Shown piece after piece: positions 58,649 through 64,000 of a stretch of 64,000 bases of DNA. Numbering within the stretch: position 1 is the first letter of the stretch; each line of letters starts with the position of its first letter. Position numbers and translations under genes: made by a program. Under the pieces are notes generated by a model. That model made no database searches and was not told where the DNA came from. It was given only the letters and a program-made list of their open reading frames with translations. Source of the DNA: a virus; the IMG/VR virus record IMGVR_UViG_3300038427_000078; one strand, written 5' to 3'.

Positions 58649-58990
58649 ATGGCTTTCGACAAGAAAGCATACATGAGGGAGTATCGACCAAGGTATCGTC
58701 AAGAACATCCTGAGAAGAATCGCGACTATCAGAGGAAGCGCGAACAGGAAAGACGCGATCTATTCGCGGATATCAAGACCAAAGCCGGTTGTGCTCGATG
58801 CGGATACAAAGACAACCCATATGGACTAGAGTTTCATCATCGCGACCCAAGCGAAAAGAGTTTCCCTATCGCTCATGGTTCCAAACGTTCCCTCAAAGCG
58901 ATACTAGCAGAGATTGCAAAGTGTGATGTCCTTTGCGGTACATGTCATTCTATCGTAACTCACGATCCGGAGGTTAGGTCAAATGTCTGA
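58649..58990 (+). CDS. HNH homing endonuclease
   Basis: CARCGY...LEFHHRDP..K...EIAKCDVLCGTCH. Confidence 0.88.
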   Translation: MAFDKKAYMREYRPRYRQEHPEKNRDYQRKREQERRDLFADIKTKAGCARCGYKDNPYGLEFHHRDPSEKSFPIAHGSKRSLKAILAEIAKCDVLCGTCHSIVTHDPEVRSNV

Positions 58991-59537
58991 GGAGACTCAG
59001 GAGCAAGGTGAGAAGGGACCAGAGAAGGTCGAACCGTTCAAGCTGTTCTCGCCACGTATTCAGGAGGCGGTACAGGGACTCTTGTTCCTGGGCCATTTGC
59101 AGAAGGATTTCAACTTCTGTGGACACAACTTCACGCTTCGCACCCTCCGCCCTGCGGAGAGAGCCGCTATCGCCGTGGTCATCAAGCCGTGGCGCGAAAC
59201 CATCGCTGAGCCGGAAGTGTGGGCGAACGCTCAGGTGGCCGCAGCCCTTGTCTCCATCGACGGCTACTCTGACTTCTTGCAGCAGGCTGGACCCGACCTA
59301 GAGTCGCACGTTCGCGCACGACTGCGCTACATCACCAACTCAGAGACAGGCTGGTACGGACCGACCATCTCGTTCCTCTACGACTGTCTCCTTGGCATGG
59401 AAGACGAAGCGCTGAAAGCGCTGAACGAGCTACAAAATTTATCACAGAGGGATCTGGACCAATTGCGACCCTCGCCAGATTCCTTAGAGACACCGGGTAC
59501 CTCACCCGACGAGACAACCTTGGACTTCCCCTCCTGA
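58983..59537 (+). CDS. tail assembly chaperone (gpG-like)
   Basis: Between tube and tape measure; GHNFTLRTL; contains slippery heptamer. Confidence 0.78.
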   Translation: MSEETQEQGEKGPEKVEPFKLFSPRIQEAVQGLLFLGHLQKDFNFCGHNFTLRTLRPAERAAIAVVIKPWRETIAEPEVWANAQVAAALVSIDGYSDFLQQAGPDLESHVRARLRYITNSETGWYGPTISFLYDCLLGMEDEALKALNELQNLSQRDLDQLRPSPDSLETPGTSPDETTLDFPS

Positions 59538-59782
59538 ACGCGCTCCACCTGGAACTGGTGCAGTACCTCGCCCAGCTAGACGAGGAGGCGAAGGACCGCG
59601 AAGCCGAAGGTGAAATGGAGCGCAACATCTTCGCGACCAACCCGGCTCTATGGAAGCACATGTACGCTCCGAACATGAACGAGGACGGCGAAGTCATCCT
59701 CACACCGGGTAGCCCGGAGGAGTTGAAGGAAATGGCCGCAGAGTGGGGCTTGACACCCGAGGAAATAGCCGAACTCGGATGA
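58983..59782 (+). CDS. tail assembly chaperone, -1 frameshift product (gpGT-like)
   Basis: A-AAT-TTA at 59435-59441; the -1 frame is open to TGA 59782. Confidence 0.78.
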
Positions 59783-59813
59783 TGAAATAGCGAGGGGCGG
59801 GGCGTAATAGCTG

Positions 59814-61904
59814 ATGGCCGACGAATCTCCACAGCCGATTGATCCGCAGCGCTCGCTCAAACGTTCGCTTGACCAGCTAACACAGGCGGTGCGGTCGATG
59901 AACAAGCACCTGGAATCCCTCGACGCTGAGGGCCAGGGCCAGTACATCGAGGGCCAGAAAGAGTCGAACGCAGCGAAAAAGATCCGCGAAGCATCGTGGT
60001 CTATGCAGGAGGCTAGAAAACCCTCCTCCCAGCTACAGCAGCCGGGTTCACTCAACCCCGACGCCTCTATCTCTGACGCGATTGCGTCGATCAAGTCGGC
60101 CTACGAGAACCAGAATGTGAACGCGGTTCAGCGGGCCGCTGATATGGTCAATAAAGCGGGCACCATGAGGCTACCAGAAGCGGAAGCTCAGGAAGCCAAA
60201 GAAGACGAAGCGAACTACTACCAGGAACTCCAAGACAAGCGCATGACTGGCCTGGGATGGATGACCCCCGACAAGATGGAAAAGCTGCGCGCAGAAACTC
60301 CGCATCTCAAGGGCTACTCCTACGGCAATTGGGAACGCAAAGCAAGGGTCGTTGAAAGCCGAGTCGGTGGAGCGCAAGCCTACGCAACTAAAGCCGCAGC
60401 CAAGATGGGTGAAGAAGGTCACGAAGGACTGGCGAATGCTTTCGGAAGTGTTGCCAAGGGCGCAGGCAAGATAGAAGAAAATGCCATGCCTATCGTCATT
60501 GGCGTAGACATGGCAAAGCGAGCCTGGGCAGGAATGGAAAAGGGACAGAGGAACGTTATCGAAGGTACGGGCCTGGGCTACTCCGGTGAAGGCGTACCTG
60601 GCGGTCAGTTCCTACCAGGAGGTATTCGTAACCCGCTGGCTCTCTTCACCGAAGCTGGTCAGCAAGGGTTCGGCATCAAAGCCGCTGCCATCGAAAACGC
60701 CCTCAAGGGTAACCTTGGGTTCGGTGAATCCGCCAAGCTGTCTGAAAACCTCGCCAGCCTGGGATTCAGCAACCGACACGGCAGCGGTATCCCAGGCTTC
60801 CTCGGCCTGGACAACAGCGGTCGCAACCAAGAACTTGTGGAACTCGGCAGCAAAGCGAAACGAGAGGGCTTGCCGGAAGCCGAGTTCGTGAAAATGGCCG
60901 AAGGCATCAGGTTCGGTGGAGGTTCGATCAAGCAGTTGAACGAAAACATCAACGGGCTAGGCGAAGCTGCCAAGAATGCTGGAACCAGCACGAAGGTACT
61001 GGCCGAAAGCATGAACGAATACGCCGCCCTCACCGAAAAGGAAGGACCGAAAACAGCGCAGGAACGCAAGGGCAGGGAAATCTTCGAAAACACAGGTAGG
61101 CCCGCGAAGCTGACTGCCGAAGTGAACAACACGGCGCTAGGCAAGGCGACGGCTGGTCGCTACGGGATCCTCCCTGGCACCATTGGCAACACCAAAGGTG
61201 ACTTCCAGAACGCCATTGAATTGCAGACCATCGAACAGGCCGCTCACATGACGCGCGGTGGTGTGGTAGCTCACATCACGAACCCGGAAACTGGTGAAAC
61301 GATCACCAGCGGTAACTCGAAGGAAATGCAAGCTGCCGAAATGTCCAAAATCTACGGCATCCCGCCGCAGCTAGCGATGCTGTATCTCAACGACCCGAAG
61401 AAGTTCAAGCAGTCCGAGTTCGCGGGCGGTGAAATCTCCAACCACATCAAGCGTCTACAGGCCGAGCAGAAGTCAGGTCTGCCAGGATACAATCAGGGAG
61501 CCGAATGGGGCAAGCTGTGGGGTGCCACGGACGATCTTATCACCGCAAAGCAGTACCAGGCCGACTACAAGATCGACAAAGGAGGCATCAAGTCACAGCA
61601 GGCGTTGCAGGCGCAGGTTGACGAAGCCAAAGAAAAGCTCAATGAACAGCAGGGCAACGGTCAGGGCGAAATCACACTCAGCAAGGAAGCTCAGCGATTC
61701 TTCAAGCTCAACATGCCGAAACAGTATGCGAAGTTCCAGAAGGAACGTGAAAAGGAAGAAGGCAAGTCGGGAGCGCAAGGAGCTACGAAACCAAGTACGG
61801 GCAAGACCTCGATACCAGGAGAAGCCTTGGGTGCTCTAGGCAACGCGGCTCAGGCGGGGGCCGAAGCTCTGCCTAACCTCGCTCTTCACGCCTTCCTACC
61901 GTAA
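59814..61904 (+). CDS. tape measure protein
   Basis: Ala/Gly/Glu/Lys-rich helical 696 aa directly after chaperones. Confidence 0.72.
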   Translation: MADESPQPIDPQRSLKRSLDQLTQAVRSMNKHLESLDAEGQGQYIEGQKESNAAKKIREASWSMQEARKPSSQLQQPGSLNPDASISDAIASIKSAYENQNVNAVQRAADMVNKAGTMRLPEAEAQEAKEDEANYYQELQDKRMTGLGWMTPDKMEKLRAETPHLKGYSYGNWERKARVVESRVGGAQAYATKAAAKMGEEGHEGLANAFGSVAKGAGKIEENAMPIVIGVDMAKRAWAGMEKGQRNVIEGTGLGYSGEGVPGGQFLPGGIRNPLALFTEAGQQGFGIKAAAIENALKGNLGFGESAKLSENLASLGFSNRHGSGIPGFLGLDNSGRNQELVELGSKAKREGLPEAEFVKMAEGIRFGGGSIKQLNENINGLGEAAKNAGTSTKVLAESMNEYAALTEKEGPKTAQERKGREIFENTGRPAKLTAEVNNTALGKATAGRYGILPGTIGNTKGDFQNAIELQTIEQAAHMTRGGVVAHITNPETGETITSGNSKEMQAAEMSKIYGIPPQLAMLYLNDPKKFKQSEFAGGEISNHIKRLQAEQKSGLPGYNQGAEWGKLWGATDDLITAKQYQADYKIDKGGIKSQQALQAQVDEAKEKLNEQQGNGQGEITLSKEAQRFFKLNMPKQYAKFQKEREKEEGKSGAQGATKPSTGKTSIPGEALGALGNAAQAGAEALPNLALHAFLP

Positions 61905-61912
61905 GGGTCACC

Positions 61913-62734
61913 ATGAGTGAAGTCATCTTCAACCATAGCAAGACCGGCAAGCTGGTGATGCCCATCGGCCTGAACGGTGTCTCCTGGGCGTACATGCTCA
62001 ATACCGCAACCTTCAATACCTACGGCGGCGAAGTGGTGCAGATCCTTAGCTGCTATATCGACGCTCTCACCGTCGAGGGAGATGTCAAGCGTTACAAAGA
62101 TGCCGAGGAAGTGTACGAATTCTTCGCCGCGTACTTCACTGCTGCGACACAGGGAGCCACGGCAGAACACAACGGCCAGGAAGGGGTCTTCGAACAGGAG
62201 CCGATGTCTCTTGAATACCCGGACCGAGGGTGGACCTTCTGGATCCAGCCGATGTCCGCACCTGGCTTTCTGTATGGCAAGAACGTAGTGACTCCGAAAT
62301 GGAGAATGCAGGCGTGGATCGTGGACCGAGGATTGAACAACGAAGAGTTGAAACAGTACGTCGGTGAATACGCACAGAAACAGATCGCAGAACTCGGTGG
62401 GCGCTTCAACCTCACCGGAGAACTCTCACCTGTGTCCGGTGACCCAGCCAACAACCCGTTCATCGCTCCTCTTGTTCCGAAGGTGTCGGAACCGAACGCC
62501 AAAGGCGAATACGAATTCGAACCTGTCAAGGCGGAAGAAGTGCAGTCGAACGTGGAACGCCTCGCTGACTTCTACACCAGCCTGATCCCGTCGTACCTCA
62601 AAGGCGACTTCGCAGACGTGACACAGGTGTCAGGATCATCACCCATCTTTAGCCAGCCGGGTTCACCTACGACGGAAGAACGTGCGGCGGAAAAGGGCAA
62701 CGTTGAACAGACGACACAAGGGTCGATCCAATGA
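61913..62734 (+). CDS. baseplate/tube-initiator-type protein
   Basis: Synteny; VSWAYMLNT..FNTYGGEVVQILS. Confidence 0.6.
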   Translation: MSEVIFNHSKTGKLVMPIGLNGVSWAYMLNTATFNTYGGEVVQILSCYIDALTVEGDVKRYKDAEEVYEFFAAYFTAATQGATAEHNGQEGVFEQEPMSLEYPDRGWTFWIQPMSAPGFLYGKNVVTPKWRMQAWIVDRGLNNEELKQYVGEYAQKQIAELGGRFNLTGELSPVSGDPANNPFIAPLVPKVSEPNAKGEYEFEPVKAEEVQSNVERLADFYTSLIPSYLKGDFADVTQVSGSSPIFSQPGSPTTEERAAEKGNVEQTTQGSIQ

Positions 62735-63567
62735 TCCTTCCGCCTATCGCATGGGAGAGCCTACCGGACTTCACACTGGCTGACGCCACCAGTGTTAGCG
62801 CCAGCATTGTGCCTGCCGTTGACCAGGGCTATGACATCGAAGGAGTACGACGTACTCCGGCTCGGACAGAGGAAATCCTCTCCGCCTGCAACGGTGTACT
62901 CTGCACCCGTCAGCACCGCATGCGCTTCTTCATCAACTCAGTGGAAGTGGCGACGGGTATCTCGGCTCGCTTCGGACAGGGCCGACGTACCCGTGACATG
63001 TACCCACAGGCGTTTGTTATGCCTCGCTACAAAGTCAACGCGCAGTCGCTCACTCAGGAAGACTATGGCCTCATGTGTGAGTTCGTTCACGCGCACCACC
63101 AGGAAGCGGTCGGCAACGGTAACACTGTGCAGTTGAGCGTGCGGGAGGGATGGAACCCTTACACCAACCACGAAAACCTCGAACCGCAGCTTGAGAGCGC
63201 GGGTATGGCAGGCTACCACAAACCGATTGAGGCAGCCGGGTTCGTGTTGGAGATGCCCCGCACACATGAACGATTCGTATACACGCCCGAGTTCGAATTC
63301 GAATTCAGCGTGATGCAGTCATACATCGGCGTCTTCTCCGGACAAGTCTTCACCTACGACAACGTGCAGGAAAGCATCATGGAAATCCTTGAAGCACAGG
63401 AACGCCCGTTCAGTCAGGCTCCCCAGGCGAAACCTGCGCCCAAGGTCATTACGCCCGAAGAGGAAACTCAGCTACAGAAAGAACGTCACGAAAAGGCGTT
63501 CGGCCCTGGTCCTGGCATCAATAGTGGTCCTCTGTTCACTGACCAACCACCGAAACCGACGCGCTGA
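62731..63567 (+). CDS. baseplate-region structural protein
   Basis: Coupled ORF between tape measure and hub genes. Confidence 0.55.
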   Translation: MILPPIAWESLPDFTLADATSVSASIVPAVDQGYDIEGVRRTPARTEEILSACNGVLCTRQHRMRFFINSVEVATGISARFGQGRRTRDMYPQAFVMPRYKVNAQSLTQEDYGLMCEFVHAHHQEAVGNGNTVQLSVREGWNPYTNHENLEPQLESAGMAGYHKPIEAAGFVLEMPRTHERFVYTPEFEFEFSVMQSYIGVFSGQVFTYDNVQESIMEILEAQERPFSQAPQAKPAPKVITPEEETQLQKERHEKAFGPGPGINSGPLFTDQPPKPTR

Positions 63568-64000
63568 TGGCAGGCAACTCAGACATCCAGAGACTCGTCT
63601 ATCCTCCGAAGGTGTGGGTCTTCGTCAAGACCGCCAACGGTGAAACGCTAGACCTCACGGACTACGTGATCAGCGGGGAAGTCGTTCGTCGCATCGGGGC
63701 TGCGTCCACGGCTAGCCTAGTGCTGCGTAACCCCAACCACTTGTTCACTGCGTTCAGCAAAAAATACGCGACACTGCACCCGATGGATCCGATCACGATC
63801 TACATGGAGCGCTTCCCTGGTCGTCACGTACAGGTGTTCACTGGCTACCTGGACACAACACCATACTTGCAGTTGATCCCTGGCCCGGTCACCATCGAAG
63901 CTACCTGCACACTCAAGCGGCTCGAATTCAACTGGTTCCAGCTAGCCCAGCAGTACACCCTCTCATTCTTCGAACACTTCGGATGGAAGCTCATCGGAGA
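63567..64000 (+). CDS. baseplate hub-like protein, truncated by window end
   Basis: MAGNSDIQRLVYPPKVWVFV...DLTDYV..G.V.R....STASLVLRNP...PMDPITI...QVFTGYLD...ATCTLKRL, open to end. Confidence 0.65.
   Translation, partial: MAGNSDIQRLVYPPKVWVFVKTANGETLDLTDYVISGEVVRRIGAASTASLVLRNPNHLFTAFSKKYATLHPMDPITIYMERFPGRHVQVFTGYLDTTPYLQLIPGPVTIEATCTLKRLEFNWFQLAQQYTLSFFEHFGWKLIG

Overview
A 64-kb segment of a large, roughly 60%-GC tailed phage genome with a contractile tail. The gene set and order recall cluster C-like actinobacterial myoviruses, which is recognition by eye and was not searched. Bases 1.2-11.5 kb, 24.9-32.2 kb and 47.9-51.7 kb hold mostly minus-strand small accessory genes driven by SigA-like extended -10 promoters with little or no leader. 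They include NADAR, Pth2, a pyrimidine-dimer glycosylase-like protein, an HD hydrolase, a cyclic-phosphate receiver domain, a degenerate nicotinamidase and a metallophosphoesterase. These are interleaved with late/virion modules: fibre and appendage proteins, zinc-ribbon-rich putative internal proteins, prohead protease/scaffold, decoration protein, major capsid, neck, sheath, tube, a -1 frameshifted tail chaperone, tape measure and the start of the baseplate. About 16 free-standing homing endonuclease genes and one LAGLIDADG intein are present. No tRNA, rRNA, CRISPR array, terminase, portal or integrase was recognised. Main observations: (1) a recurrent TAA-N4-YGA(TG) motif immediately before about 20 late genes, a candidate leaderless late promoter; (2) Asp-poor, Glu/Lys-rich, GAA/AAA-coded remodelling of exposed virion proteins; (3) a loop-deleted tail-tube paralogue coupled to an HNH gene; (4) an HNH insertion that left the old N-terminus of its target gene upstream and supplies a recoded replacement; (5) an 18-aa repeat scaffold whose motif recurs singly in a fibre subunit and the tail terminator; (6) an intein-containing HhH glycosylase-like protein in a late operon.
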